A stretch of DNA of 64,000 nucleotides from Dehalococcoidia bacterium (GCA_965207225.1 CBDBLV010000004.1:672001-736000), one strand, 5' to 3'. Shown: positions 19,597 through 30,900, counted from the first letter of the stretch. The notes: a model not told the origin generated them from the sequence alone. Numbers and translations: made by a program.

Positions 19597-20446
19597 TCAC
19601 CGACTAACTCCACCGCAGACCCCAACGTTAGCACTCGCCTCAGCCACATGGCCTTGTCCAGTTCCCTTTGAGCCGCCTGCAAAGCCTGCCGCCGCCACCT
19701 TAGGTGGTCCTCCCTGCGCGAAGCGTCCAGCGGCGCTCAGCTTCCCCTCTGCTGTATCATCCTGGTGGTCCTCCCTGCGCGAAGCGTCCAACGGTTCGGT
19801 CTCCGGCGGCAGCGTCAGGCCGTAGTCGCCGAGCATGGCTATCTCCAACTCCCACCGGCGCCCCGAAGGCGTGCTCCTCGTCGGGCTGTTCCTCCGACGT
19901 GACCACTCCGGCGTCGGGTAGTCCGTGCTCCCGTCTGGGAGGCCGCCACTCCCTGCGCCGACCATCGCCATCACCGACCGGATCAGGCTTGCTCGGCTCC
20001 CGTTTCTCTTCCTCCGCCCCGTCCTCCGATCCTCCAACATTGCGTTGCAACTCCGTCAGCTGCTTCGCCTGGGCTTCGACGGTCTCCGCCATGGCGCCAT
20101 GCGCTCCCTCCAATGCCGTCACCCGTTCTTCCAGCGCCGCTATCTTCTCCGCAATGTCACCGGCCTCATCGTCCTGCTCATCCCCGCCGTCACCGTGCTT
20201 GTCCCTGAACTCCGCCAACGCCTTCCGCATCCGCCGCGATACGTGACGAGACTCGTGGCAGGTCACCATAGTGCGGTAGTTCACCCCCAGGGCCTCCGCA
20301 GCAGCCACCTTGCTCCGGTCATTCATCATAGCGTCCAGCAGGTCCAGTAGGGGATCGTCCGTTAGGGGGGCATCCTATAGAGGGATGCTCTTGCCGTCGC
20401 TGGCACCCTTCGACCCGGCCCCGCTGGGTTCCTCATGGTTAACCAT
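19597..20446 (-). pseudogene. Disrupted paralog of the ICE backbone gene at 48416-49261
   Basis: RBS plus ATG 20446, in-frame TAG at 20375-20377, later frameshifts; shared motifs 'SRRMRKAL/SRRMRESL', 'ELEIAMLGDYGLTLPPETEPL/EMELALLEEHGMTLPPEKQPL'. Confidence 0.75.
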
Positions 20447-21516
20447 TGGCTCCTCCTTAACTCAGAAACTACAACAGACTACAATACAATCAGTACAATA
20501 GACTTAGCACTGACCCGCAGTAAAACTGCTCGATGGATTCCCTTCGCTTCGCCCTGGTTCCCCTTCATTCAGCTACGAATGTCACCCAGATTGTATTCTA
20601 CAATGTGCTCCTAATCTCCTTACAGCCCTCCCAGGGCGAAAGCCGTCCCTGAGCGATTGTAGTCTGACAGGTCAGCCCATCGGCACTCGGCCAGCCCGAA
20701 ACCGTTGGCGGGCCGATAGCGGCCACGATCCCTCGCTCAATTCCGTCCGTTCCGCACCCTCATGCAAGTTGCTATTTCCTGCAACTGGCCCCTGACACAA
20801 AGTGTTCTGTGATTTGGCCCGGTAGGGAGACGTGCCTCTCCATCTCAGCTTTGAAACAGCGCGAATCTGCAACTTGCAGCGAGTCTGTTTCTGCGTACTG
20901 CCCCCCTGACTTCGAGGAAGCCCCTCGCAGGGTCGTCACCGATAGGAGGCTGACGCATCAGTGGGCCAGTAACCCCTTTGCATTGACGTAGTCCCCTCCG
21001 AGGGATACCGGCTCGCTTTCCCAGGCCCAAACACTGGTCTAGGGACGCCGGTAGTACGGCATCGACGGCGGAAAGGCCAGTCTGCAATCCCGCCGGAGAC
21101 CGAGACCAAGGAGCGGGATGAAAGGGGTCGATAGAAGGAAGCCATCAAAGTGGGTTGCCACGCCCTCGAATGGAGCGACGGCGGCCCACACCGTCAAGCG
21201 GCGAGAGACGCTGCGCATCCTGACCAGCATGTCCATTCGCCCTTCCTGCGGCGGAAGGCGTCGCGGGCTTCGCAAGCCCTCGGGAGGCGGTGCATGTTCG
21301 CACCCGCATACGGGCAGGTGCATTTCCGCACCGCCCCGTGGGAGGTTCCGGATCGCATGTCCATTGTTCACACTCCTTTGCAGGCGCTGCGGTCCAACGG
21401 TCCGCAGCAGGCCGCAGGGAGGTAAACGAGTTGGCGCTGACATCGAAGCTCCAGCCGCCTGGGCGGCTCATCCCGCCGGGAACCGCACCGGTCCCGTCCT
21501 GCGCCGTCCCGACGTC

Positions 21517-21897
21517 ACGCACCCCCGCCTCAAGCGGGATTTTGGGCGACTCTTGTCATCGGACCGTCGATTTTCTCCGGTGCGGACACCCCCGCCTCAA
21601 GCCCTCTTTTGTCATTGGAGACCGAACTCCGGCCTTTCAACAGATTGCTCGCCGGTTACGTCCCATAGGGGCCGATCTACCCCTGATTCAGCTACGAAAT
21701 CACGACTTCGACCACTGCGTCACCAAACTCTATTTCCTGTACACCCCCGCCACTGCAAGAAACGCCTCCCCGATTGGAGACCCTCCGTGGCGCCACCATG
21801 CGTGAGGTCTTTTTCAGCGTCCCGGTCGTTCACACTCTCTGGCGAGGGCTGCGGTCCGGTGACCCGCAGCAAACCGCAGGAGGTGAACATCTTGGCG
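21517..21897 (+). repeat. Conserved 381-bp non-coding backbone block, copy 1
   Basis: Colinear with 49345-49725 (CACCCCC.C.TCAAGC x2, TTTTTGTCATTGGAGACCG, AGCTACGAAATCACGACTT, ATTTCCTGTACACCCCC, AGGTGAACATCTTGGCG). Confidence 0.9.
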
Positions 21898-22195
21898 CTG
21901 AGTTCGACAGGGAGAGCGACAACCCCAGTGACGCCGCGGCCTCCCCGGCCTCAGCCCGGAGGGCGGGGAGGCTCATTGCGGCTCACCAGCACTGGCTACA
22001 TCGGCGTAGTGGCTTCCAGGGGACTACACCGATGTAGTCCCTTCCAGGGGATAACGCTCGCCATTCCGGTCGCCCACACTGACGTAAAGACCGGGCGGTA
22101 GCCCGCCCGTCGGTCCGTCTGTGCCCGGCGGCCACCCAGGACACCTGTAGACGAGAGGCCAGCGGCCCGACGAACCGCCGCTGCGACTGTGACCC

Positions 22196-22435
22196 ATGAG
22201 AGACAGCAATAGAGAAGATACAAGGAACAGGCAAAGGAAGAGGAGCGGAGGAGACGCTCCCGATCCCTCCATCGACAGGCCGATGGAGCCCTACACCGCC
22301 GAGCAGCGAGCTCAGCTCCAACGCGGGCTGCGCATCCTGGCCCGGATGATCGTCCGCGCCCATCTGCGGGGTGAGATACCCAAGGCAGCGTCGCCTTCCA
22401 CGAAGCCGCCGTCAGAGAAGGTGTCCGGCGGATGA
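22196..22435 (+). CDS. Small conserved ICE protein (paralog of 61085-61303)
   Basis: 'NREDTRNRQ...DRPME.YT..Q......GLRILA...VRAH' shared. Confidence 0.7.
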   Translation: MRDSNREDTRNRQRKRSGGDAPDPSIDRPMEPYTAEQRAQLQRGLRILARMIVRAHLRGEIPKAASPSTKPPSEKVSGG

Positions 22436-22621
22436 ACCGCCATCAAGCAAGCCCCGCATCCTCAATGCCGCGTCATCCTGGCGGCGGCTCAGGGCATCGT
22501 GATCACGGCCCCTGCTTTACCACAACTCCGACCCCATAACAACGGCTTGCAAGGCATTACATGCGAGCAATCTCCCGTTCAAGATGGGACGTTGGGACAT
22601 TGTTGACAAGCGGAGCACCAA

Positions 22622-24490
22622 TTGGCAGCCACGGATTCACGAGCAGCAGAACTGAACGGCGCAGCGCAGGCCGGAGCGGACCTCGACGAGGCGGTCCGGG
22701 ACTACGTGCGCACCTACGCCGTGCTGCATGGGAAGCCGAAGGCGGCCGAGGCTCTCGGCGTCTCCCGCCACACCCTGTGGCGCTTCCTCGACCGGGGCCA
22801 CGCGGGACGCGCCATACCCCGCGCGGTGCTGGAGCAAGTGGGCGACAGACCAGAGGCGCTGGAGGACGCCGAGGAGCGGCTGATACTCCAGGCGCAAACC
22901 AGGCGGCGGCTGAAGGACGGCGGCCCGTCGACCGGTTCCAAGCGCCTGTCCGAGGCCCTGGAGGACGCCCTCCGGCTGGTCTGCGCAACGCCCCTGGCCA
23001 CCGTGGACGAGCTGTCCCGCTTCGGACGTGTTCCCGCCTCCACTATGAGAGAACGCATTGACAAGCTCGCCAGGCGGGGCCTGGTGGACTCCGTGTCGCA
23101 CCAACTGAGCGTTCTCGGCTCCCGCCCCCAACGACGCTACTTCCCCACGAAGCAGGGCATCGTCGCCGGAGGAAGGATCGAGCACGGCACGGACTACTTC
23201 CTCAGCGAGTACCCGGTGTCCAGACAGTGGTTCCGGCTGCTGGCCGAGCGCATGGACGCCGTGGCCGTCCTCTACCGCCTCGCCACCATGATCGCCGACG
23301 CAGACCCGCACCATAAGCCCGTGCGCGTGGACCACTACCGCAGCGGCCCCTACGACATGCTGATCACTCTGTCGGGTGGCCGCTCCATCGGCATCATCCG
23401 CCAGGGTCAGACCCTACCCACCTCCAACCTGCGCTACCGCCTCAGGAGCGTCGAGCATCTCCCCAGCCGGGAGAAACCTTTCGCCACCCTGGTGCTGACA
23501 CACGCCGACCAGGCCACCCGCAGGGCGATACGCTCATTGGGCGACCCCTCGGAACACCGTAGGACCTTCGCGGCGACGGAGGGGGAGCTTCTGGCCGTTG
23601 CCCACACCGGCGCCGTCTGGCAGCAGTGCGGAGACGGACGGGACAATGACCCGCCCGTGCCTATCGACCCCGGCGCGGCTCTTAGGGGCATCCTGGCGTG
23701 GATGGATCGGCTGCTGGACTCGTCCCATTCGTCCTTCCGCGACAACCCGAGGCCCGATCTCGAAGACCTCTACTCTTCCCGTGTGAAGGCCGCCATGCCG
23801 GAGCCTGCCCAGCAGATCACGTCATCCCCATCGGCGCAACTCACTCGCGCCGGGAAGGACGCCCTGGACCTGCTGTCCGCCTGGCCCCTGTGCACCCGTG
23901 AGCAGCTCGCGGGGCTGATGGGCGGCGTCACCCTGCGTCGGGTCAACCAGGTGCTCCGCTCACTCCGTGAGCACGGCCTCGTGCGGGAGGACGGCTCCCT
24001 GCTCGTTCTCACCGACGAGGGGCTGACACACCTGGCTCGCCGGGACCGGGCCGCCGTCGGCCTCACCCTCGACCGCTGGAGCCCAGAACTCACCCTCAGG
24101 AAGCCCTCCGTCTACGTCGGGACAGCCCTGCGCGCCCTGGCCACCCAGCTGCGCCACCACGCCGGCGTCGTCGGCTTCGCGGCCTCCCTCTCAGCCGAGG
24201 TAGCTAAGTCCCCGGACTACGACCTGTTCGACCTGCTGCCCACCCACCGTTCCAGCATCGGCTACCGCTACGACCAGACCACCTACGCCATTCACCCCGA
24301 CGCATCCTTCACCCTGGAGTACAAAGGCGATTGGCGTCCCTTCCTGCTGGAGTTCGAGCGGAGGGCCACCACGCCGAAGCGCATCCCCAAACGCCTGAGG
24401 TCCTACCGACGTTATTTCACCAGCGGCTGGGCGAAACGAGATCATGAGGGACACCTGCCCAACGTGCTCTTCATCTTCGAGTCCCCCGAC
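22622..24490 (+). pseudogene. Replication-relaxation (Replic_Relax/MOBC-like) protein truncated by IS21
   Basis: Similar to 58644-60305 ('ERMDA...YR','LARRDR','PDA...F.LE.ERRA..P'); reading frame meets the IS end after 'FESPD'. Confidence 0.75.
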
Positions 24491-24585
24491 TGTCGTTACC
24501 CAAGATCTTTGAGCCAGGTTACCCACGAACATTGAGCCACCCTGAACGCCGATGATACGGATTATGACAGGATGCTATCGGCGGT

Positions 24586-25380
24586 TCAATCACCTCCCTT
24601 CTTGCCGAGGATTTTGGCCACCTTTCCCAGTAGGGCGCGGTGAGGAGAGAGCCTCTCCCGGTAGCTGGTGCCCTCGATGACGATCTGGTAGCTGGTGTTG
24701 GCCAGACGGTCCAGGGCGCTGTTGCCCAGGATGGGATCGTTGAAGAGGCTGAGCCACTCTTCGATGGCGCGGTTGGAGGTGATGACGAAGCTGGAGGCCC
24801 GGTGCTTGCCGACGATGAGTTGGTAGAGGTCCGATGACTGTTGTGCGTTAAGACGGTGCAGGCCCAGGTCGTCGAGGATGAGCAGGTCGGGGGAGAGGAA
24901 GGAGCGGAAGGCTTTGTCCACCGAGTTGTCCACCCTGGCTTGGGACATGGCTTTGAAGAAGTCGTATGCGTGGATGAAGCGGACGGAGTATCCGGCTCTG
25001 ACGGCGGCGTAGCCGAGGGCCTGGGCCAGGAAGCTCTTGCCGACGCCCGCCGGTCCCATGAGCAGGACGTGCTCGTGCCTGGGGATGAAGTCCAGGGAGA
25101 AGGCGGCGTCAAGGAGGCGGCGGTCCAGGGTGATTTCGGACGTCCAGTCGAAGTCCTCCAGGCGGCAGGTCTCCTCGAAGCCGGCCCGGTTCAGGCGGGT
25201 CTCGATGCGCCGGTTCTCCCTGCGGCTGACCTCGTCGGCCAGGATGATCTCCAGGAAGGCGGCATAGTCCAACTGGTCCCTTCGGGCCAGGGCGATGCGC
25301 TCGGGCAGGGTGTCCAGCATGCCGCTGAGCTTGAGGGTCTTGAGCAGCGGGGCCAGATCGACGTTGCGGTTGCGGGTCAT
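24586..25380 (-). CDS. istB: IS21 helper ATPase
   Basis: GPAGVGKS, LLILDDLG, ITSNR, ALDRL. Confidence 0.95.
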   Translation of the reverse strand: MTRNRNVDLAPLLKTLKLSGMLDTLPERIALARRDQLDYAAFLEIILADEVSRRENRRIETRLNRAGFEETCRLEDFDWTSEITLDRRLLDAAFSLDFIPRHEHVLLMGPAGVGKSFLAQALGYAAVRAGYSVRFIHAYDFFKAMSQARVDNSVDKAFRSFLSPDLLILDDLGLHRLNAQQSSDLYQLIVGKHRASSFVITSNRAIEEWLSLFNDPILGNSALDRLANTSYQIVIEGTSYRERLSPHRALLGKVAKILGKKGGD

Positions 25381-26957
25381 AGCGTAACTCCTTCGGTTGG
25401 GTGATGGCCGTTGACCAGGGCGAAGACGGAGCCGGGCCTGGCAAAGCGCCCCGGCGGTATGAGGTCGGCAAGGGGCGGCGCATCCTGCTGCTCCAGGGCT
25501 TCAACCAGGATGCGCTCGACGCGGTGCACGTCGATGAGGTCCACGTCCAAGGCCTTGCGGCAGGCGTCGTTCAGCCTGTCGGGGGTGTAGCGCTGGGCGA
25601 GGCGGAGCAGCTTGTGTCCCTGCCGCACCTTGGCCCAAGGCGTGGGGCCTTCGAAGAGCCGGTCGGCGAAGGCGGCCACCGCCTCTCCCAGCTCCGCCGC
25701 GCTCTGCTTGATCTTGTCGGGCCCTCGCAGGGTGTAGGCGATGAACTCCTTTGGGTAGTCGTCGGGGTCGGTGGAGCGTTTGCCCCTGGGCTGACGGGGA
25801 TGGACCTTGATCAGCTTGCCCCGGTGGTAGATGCGCACCAGCTTGCTGTCCAGCGCGATCTCCACCTGCTGCCCCGGAGGGCACAGGGCCGACGGCACCG
25901 AGTAGAGGGCGTGCTGGCAGGTCACGTGGTGGTCGCGCTGCACCTTGGCGTTGCGCCAGCGGGTAACCTCGTAGGGATCGCCGTCCCAGGGCAGCAACGT
26001 CTGGCGCTCCTCTGTGTCGAAGACCTCCACGGGCTTGCGCCTGGTGGTGCCGTGCACCCGCTGTCCGGCCACCTCACGGCACCAGTGGAGCGCTTCCTTC
26101 CGCATGTGAGGCAGGTCCCTGAAGGAGGCTCCCTTGAAGAAGCGCTCTCTCACGTACTGGACTCCCCGCTCCACCTTGGGCTTATCCCTGGGGTGGCGCA
26201 CCCGGGCCGGGTCGGTGATGAAACCCCGGCGCTGCGAGTACTCCAGGAAGCCCCTGGTCAGCCTGGGATGCAGGGCGTCGGCCCCGGCCACCGCCGCCGG
26301 GAAGTTGTCGATGACCAGGTACTTGGGTATGCCGTCGAAGAAAGCCCAGGCCGCCTCCAGTCCGGCGACCACGTCCTCCAGCTTCTGCCCGTGGGTGGGC
26401 CAGACGAAGCTGTGCCGCGAGTAGGCCAGCACCACGATCAGCGCCCACACCGTCCGGCGGCGTCCCGTCTCCGGGTCCTCCAGCGGCCCCAGCCGACCGA
26501 AGTCCAGCTCCGCCACCTCGCCCGGAGGACTCTCCTCCATCCGCACCGTCCGAAGACTGCGGCCTCGCCAGTTGCGGCGGGCCACGAAGCGCTGGAGGGA
26601 CGAATAGGGCACATCGCAGCCCCGCTCCAAGAGCAACTCCCGGATGCGGGTCAGTTGCAGCCGGTCCCCGATGAGCCACTGCTGAATCTGGTCGGCCCAG
26701 GGGGACAGCCTCTCCTCTATGGGCATCTTGGTCTGCCGCGGTCCCGCACGGCCGATGGCCGCCAGCTTGCTCAGTTGCTCCTCGCTGGGACCCGGTCCGT
26801 CCCGGGACAGCCCCAACCTCTCCGCTGAGGAGATGTATTTGACCACCGTGTTCCGGGACAGGCCCGTCCCAGTCGCTATGTGGCGCTGGCTCTCTCCAGC
26901 CTGCCAGCGCCGGATGACTTCTTCTATCTCCACTCTGAGTACCTCCTTGTAGGCCAT
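25377..26957 (-). CDS. istA: IS21 transposase
   Basis: N-terminal HTH, 'PPGEVAELDFG','IDN','P.DKPKVER'. Confidence 0.95.
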   Translation of the reverse strand: MAYKEVLRVEIEEVIRRWQAGESQRHIATGTGLSRNTVVKYISSAERLGLSRDGPGPSEEQLSKLAAIGRAGPRQTKMPIEERLSPWADQIQQWLIGDRLQLTRIRELLLERGCDVPYSSLQRFVARRNWRGRSLRTVRMEESPPGEVAELDFGRLGPLEDPETGRRRTVWALIVVLAYSRHSFVWPTHGQKLEDVVAGLEAAWAFFDGIPKYLVIDNFPAAVAGADALHPRLTRGFLEYSQRRGFITDPARVRHPRDKPKVERGVQYVRERFFKGASFRDLPHMRKEALHWCREVAGQRVHGTTRRKPVEVFDTEERQTLLPWDGDPYEVTRWRNAKVQRDHHVTCQHALYSVPSALCPPGQQVEIALDSKLVRIYHRGKLIKVHPRQPRGKRSTDPDDYPKEFIAYTLRGPDKIKQSAAELGEAVAAFADRLFEGPTPWAKVRQGHKLLRLAQRYTPDRLNDACRKALDVDLIDVHRVERILVEALEQQDAPPLADLIPPGRFARPGSVFALVNGHHPTEGVTL

Positions 26958-27080
26958 CGCGGCACCTCCTTATCAAGTGCTGCAATGGTCTAAGCTGGGG
27001 CGCTCAGGGTGGCTCAAAGACCCTGGTTATCTGGCTCAATGTTAGTGGGTATTGTGGCTCAATGTTCCTGGGTATTGACA

Positions 27081-27134
27081 GACGAACGGCATCCGGCTCA
27101 GGGCGTCGAGCAACTGGTGGTCGGAGAGGGCCAT
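27081..27134 (-). pseudogene. 18-codon N-terminal stub of another relaxase-like gene, cut by IS21
   Basis: MALSDHQLLDALSRMPFV versus 'LEAHLLRTLADMPYL' at the start of 58644. Confidence 0.5.
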
Positions 27135-27803
27135 GTGTCTAGCATATAGAGGTCCGGATGCTGTGGGCAACGGTCATGTGACAGCGGCGGTGCATGGTAA
27201 GTTCGTTCGGGTAACGGTCCTCAACTTGCCCCGCGAACCCCGGAACACCGCCATAGATGCTGCGTTTGGCCGCCGAAGCCTCTGGTGGGAGCTTTGCCGA
27301 GCAACCGCCTAAATTCCTAAGTTATCGGCGACCTACGCGGCACCCGTCGGTCCCTTGCAAGTTCAGGTCTTCGGGGACGAGTTTGACATGTCGGCGGAGC
27401 ACGAGCGACGAATAGGCTACTCCAAGAGATATGCCAAGCGACAAAGGGACAGGGCAGGAGACATGGAGTCAGTGGAACGTCCGTCGAGCGGCTCTTGCAG
27501 CCGCTTCCTTGCGGTTCAAGACGCCACCTCCGCATATGGTCTTTTCTTTCTTTGTTCTCGGTCCATTCTCCCCGGCGGGGATTTTCTGTTGAGCGATGTC
27601 GCCCGCAATAGTCCCTTGACTGGGGATATGCGTCAGTAGACTTGGCCGGACGTGCTGGTCAAGATGAGTACTGCCCAGTTCGCGCAACATCCTTTTGGGT
27701 GGAGTTTGATTCGGATTGTCCTGATCCCACACCCTTAGGATGCGGTGTCCTGCGATTCCCACAGGACTGCCTCTTGTATCGGAAGTGCACGTTCGCCTCT
27801 TGC

Positions 27804-30224
27804 CTACCCCGCAGCCTCGATTACCCAAGCTCCGCCGGTCTGCTTGCTCGCTGCAAAGTTGTACCGAACGCCGTTTATGGTCACGTTTCTCGCATTGATT
27901 GAGGTTCCCGCGACGAAGAACAAGAACCTTCCTCTACCGGACGAATCGACCGAGAACTCCTCGGACGTACTCGGGTAGACACAACTCTCCCCAAGCCTGA
28001 CCACTAGACCTACCCGACACAGTCCGTCGCCGTCCGATGGACGCGGCGTCGCCGTCGGTTCGGCAGTGACGGAAACCGCTACCGCTCTTGAGCAGTTGTT
28101 ACCTGTATCGGACTCGCCCACCACCGCATCCACACACGCTCCATAGTAGTGAGTCCCCGTCATGGAAGGCGCGGTCAGACTGATGGACTCGATCTTGCCG
28201 CCCGACGCAGGCACTGTGGGGACCCTGCCCGTGCCAGCCTCGGTGTCAGACGTCGTGATCGTGGTGTCAGCCGAGCGATAGTAACGCAGGGTCGTCGAGC
28301 TCGAAGGATCGCTGCCTTGGTTGCGGACCGTGGCGCGAAGGGTAAAGGAATCGCCGGTATCGGGGCTGGTGTCGCTGGTTGAAACCGACTCCACAACCAG
28401 ATCGGCCGCCCCCTGAGTTGGGGTGGCCGTGGGGTAGGGAGTCGCGGTAGGCTGCGGTGTAGCAGTGTGACGCGGCGTGGCTGTAGGGCGTGGTGTAGCA
28501 GGGGGAGCATTAGCCGCCCCGGCAGTCAGCGGCAGATACTGAACGCTGAAGAAAACTGGGGCGACGCTAAGGGCGAGATAGCTTGCATTACCGGGGCCTT
28601 GCATAACGATGTCGCCCCGAACCACCGTATCTGGGAGAATCTCCTTGTCAGTCAAGAGATTGTCCGTATCGGGCGCTCCGAAGGTATCTCCCAGTTCTTC
28701 ATTGCTCGCACCGGTCAGAGCGAACGCGTTGGAATTGAAAGAAAAGTCATCATCGCCACGATTTCTTACTTCGACAACAACCTTGACCCATTCGTTGCCA
28801 TCGTCCAGCCAGAAATCCGCCCTCGCGTTCCCAGTATGCCCCCGCACGACTTCCAGCACCCGTAACTCCATGTGTATCCCGAAGGAATCGTGCTCGAGTG
28901 TCAGAAAGTCAGCGGATGCAGAGGGCGTACTAGCTCCCGGCTTAGGTGTAGGGGTGGTCGTTGGATTCGGGGTAGTAGTAATGGTCACTATCACCGCCGA
29001 CGAGCAGTTGTTGGTCGTGTCAGACTCTCCAGACACCGCATCCACGCACGCTCCATAGTAGTAAGTCCCCGCCGTGGACGGCGCGGTCAGACTGATGGAC
29101 TCGGCCTTGCTGCCCGACGCAGGCACTGCGGGGACCCTGCCCGTGCCAGCCTCGGTGTCAGACTTCATGATCGTGGTGTCAGTCGAGCGATAGTAACGCA
29201 GGGTGGTCAAGTCCGAAGGACCGCTTCCCTGGTTGCTTACCGTCGCGCTCAGCGTGAACGACTCGCCTGCGGTGGGGTTGTTGTCGCTCACCGTGGCGGT
29301 GTCCACAACCAGATCAGCCGCCCCCTGAGTTGGCGTGGCTGTAGGGCGTGAGGCAACATGCCTGTCACCGGGCGCAAGCACCCGGTATCTCAAAGTCACG
29401 GTCTTGGACGTAACGAAAGAGAACCAATTGTCGAACACCAAGGTGTAAACACCTGAGGACTCTGCCGTTACTTCTCCGTTCAGCGACTTTGCCCTTCTCA
29501 CTTCTCTCAATACATCTCCGGATGTATTGAGGAGTCTAAAGTCAATGTCCAGCTCCCTAAGAAACCAAAAGCTTCTGCCGGCGTCGAATCGATATTCGAG
29601 GGTCTCTCCCTCGGACAGGGTGATGCGCATCTCACCTACTTCGAGGGCCGGTACCTTGATCACAGACCTCTTCCAGGGGATGTCTCCGTGATCTGCCCAA
29701 GGCGTGGACGTAGCAACGGGAGTAGATGTGGGCGGCGTGGCCGGTTCCATCGCGGCATCCTCAGCCTCTCCCAGTACTATAGGGGAAGAACTGAGCCATC
29801 TCCCCCGGCTGTCGGCTGGAAGGAAGCGGCTGGTTGGCAGGATGCGCTCTCCCCATCCGGCGTCCTCACGTTCTTGAAGCGCGAACTCGACTCGCCCGTC
29901 CACGAGGCGACGGGCAGTAACCCGCAAGTCAGGCCCGGTCGTGGCCTGATCCATCGTGGTACCGACGGGCTTTCCCAGTGTTATCGGGGAAGAACTGAGC
30001 CATATGCCTCCACTATCGGCTGGCAAGAAGCGATTCTCTGGCAGGATGCGCTCCCCCCATCCCCCATCCCCGCGTTCCTGGAGCGCAAACTCGATGCGCC
30101 CGTCGCCAAGGCGCTGGGCAGCAATTCTCACTTCTCTCGCACCGTTGTCATCAGCGACGACAACGGCCGCGCCGACCGTGAGGATGAAAGCCATTGCAAC
30201 TGTCAGAAAGATGATCCGCTTCAT
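27804..30224 (-). CDS. Secreted modular protein (duplicated N-domain, GOLD-like, two CARDB-like, DUF4352-like, Cys-containing C-domain)
   Basis: Signal peptide MKRIIF...; 'ADLVV...GESFTLSATV.NQG...YYGACVD.V.GESDT.NNCS' twice. Confidence 0.8.
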   Translation of the reverse strand: MKRIIFLTVAMAFILTVGAAVVVADDNGAREVRIAAQRLGDGRIEFALQERGDGGWGERILPENRFLPADSGGIWLSSSPITLGKPVGTTMDQATTGPDLRVTARRLVDGRVEFALQEREDAGWGERILPTSRFLPADSRGRWLSSSPIVLGEAEDAAMEPATPPTSTPVATSTPWADHGDIPWKRSVIKVPALEVGEMRITLSEGETLEYRFDAGRSFWFLRELDIDFRLLNTSGDVLREVRRAKSLNGEVTAESSGVYTLVFDNWFSFVTSKTVTLRYRVLAPGDRHVASRPTATPTQGAADLVVDTATVSDNNPTAGESFTLSATVSNQGSGPSDLTTLRYYRSTDTTIMKSDTEAGTGRVPAVPASGSKAESISLTAPSTAGTYYYGACVDAVSGESDTTNNCSSAVIVTITTTPNPTTTPTPKPGASTPSASADFLTLEHDSFGIHMELRVLEVVRGHTGNARADFWLDDGNEWVKVVVEVRNRGDDDFSFNSNAFALTGASNEELGDTFGAPDTDNLLTDKEILPDTVVRGDIVMQGPGNASYLALSVAPVFFSVQYLPLTAGAANAPPATPRPTATPRHTATPQPTATPYPTATPTQGAADLVVESVSTSDTSPDTGDSFTLRATVRNQGSDPSSSTTLRYYRSADTTITTSDTEAGTGRVPTVPASGGKIESISLTAPSMTGTHYYGACVDAVVGESDTGNNCSRAVAVSVTAEPTATPRPSDGDGLCRVGLVVRLGESCVYPSTSEEFSVDSSGRGRFLFFVAGTSINARNVTINGVRYNFAASKQTGGAWVIEAAG

Positions 30225-30272
30225 TATCCCATCCCTCCTACTAAACTGATTTGCAATGAATCTGCTCATGGT

Positions 30273-30440
30273 TTAATACGAAACGCTTGAAACTTGTGGG
30301 AGGCTGTCGTCTTCATTGACATACGCAAGGAATTCTATGATCACCAGCAACAGCAAAACAGGAGACATGAGTAACGAGAGCCACCAAGCGGAACGGCCGG
30401 TGTCATGTAAGCGCCTTGCGGTGACTGCCAGATGTGGCAC
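30273..30440 (-). pseudogene. DUF805 membrane protein fragment
   Basis: 'LAVTARRLHDTGRSAWW'. Confidence 0.6.
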
Positions 30441-30759
30441 TCCCCTGCTCCGACACCACGCACTCGTTGATGGCCCGGTATGCCCACGGGTCCACGCCAA
30501 AAGCGACCAGCAGGTCAGAGCGAGGCTAGGGCACCGCGCCCGCGCCTTATCGAACTCTGGCCTGACCACAATTCCAGCAGTCCCGCCTCTACCAGGGTAA
30601 GTCTCCGGCTTACTAAAATGCACAGCCAGTGCCAGGGAATTTCCGTACTTGAACAAGGTTTGCCATACTGGGTCATCTCGTCAGGCTAGTGCTGTAGCGG
30701 GTCCGGCAGCCGGAAACGTGCCTGGACTTCGGGATGTTGCTGGTCGTTTGGGCAGTGGT

Positions 30760-30900
30760 CATACTGAAGGTCGTCCACCCCTTCTCCGCCAATTGGGGTC
30801 AACAGCATCAGCGAGGTGACCGTCCGTCCAGCCCTGGTCCACTCTTTGACCTTCACGTGGCGTCTGATCGACTCGCCCAGCCCGACTCCCTCAAGCATCT
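30760..30900 (-). pseudogene. Possible IS1380-like transposase remnant
   Basis: 'GLGESIRRHVKVK...SLMLL..GGEGVDDL', recalled resemblance only. Confidence 0.35.

Larger units (their letters stand above)
24491..27080 (-). mobile_element. IS21-family insertion sequence
   Basis: TG...CA ends (TGTCGTTACCCA / TGTCAATACCCA), reiterated subterminal TTGAGCCA motifs, istA-istB. Confidence 0.95.

Noticed and set aside
19703-19790. Repeat-spacer-repeat as a mini-CRISPR
   Set aside because: Only two copies, the repeat is coding sequence of the pseudogene, and there are no cas genes.
21118-22101. 327-aa ORF
   Set aside because: Arg/Pro-rich with no motifs; the same frame is not evidently maintained in the homologous block at 49345-49725.
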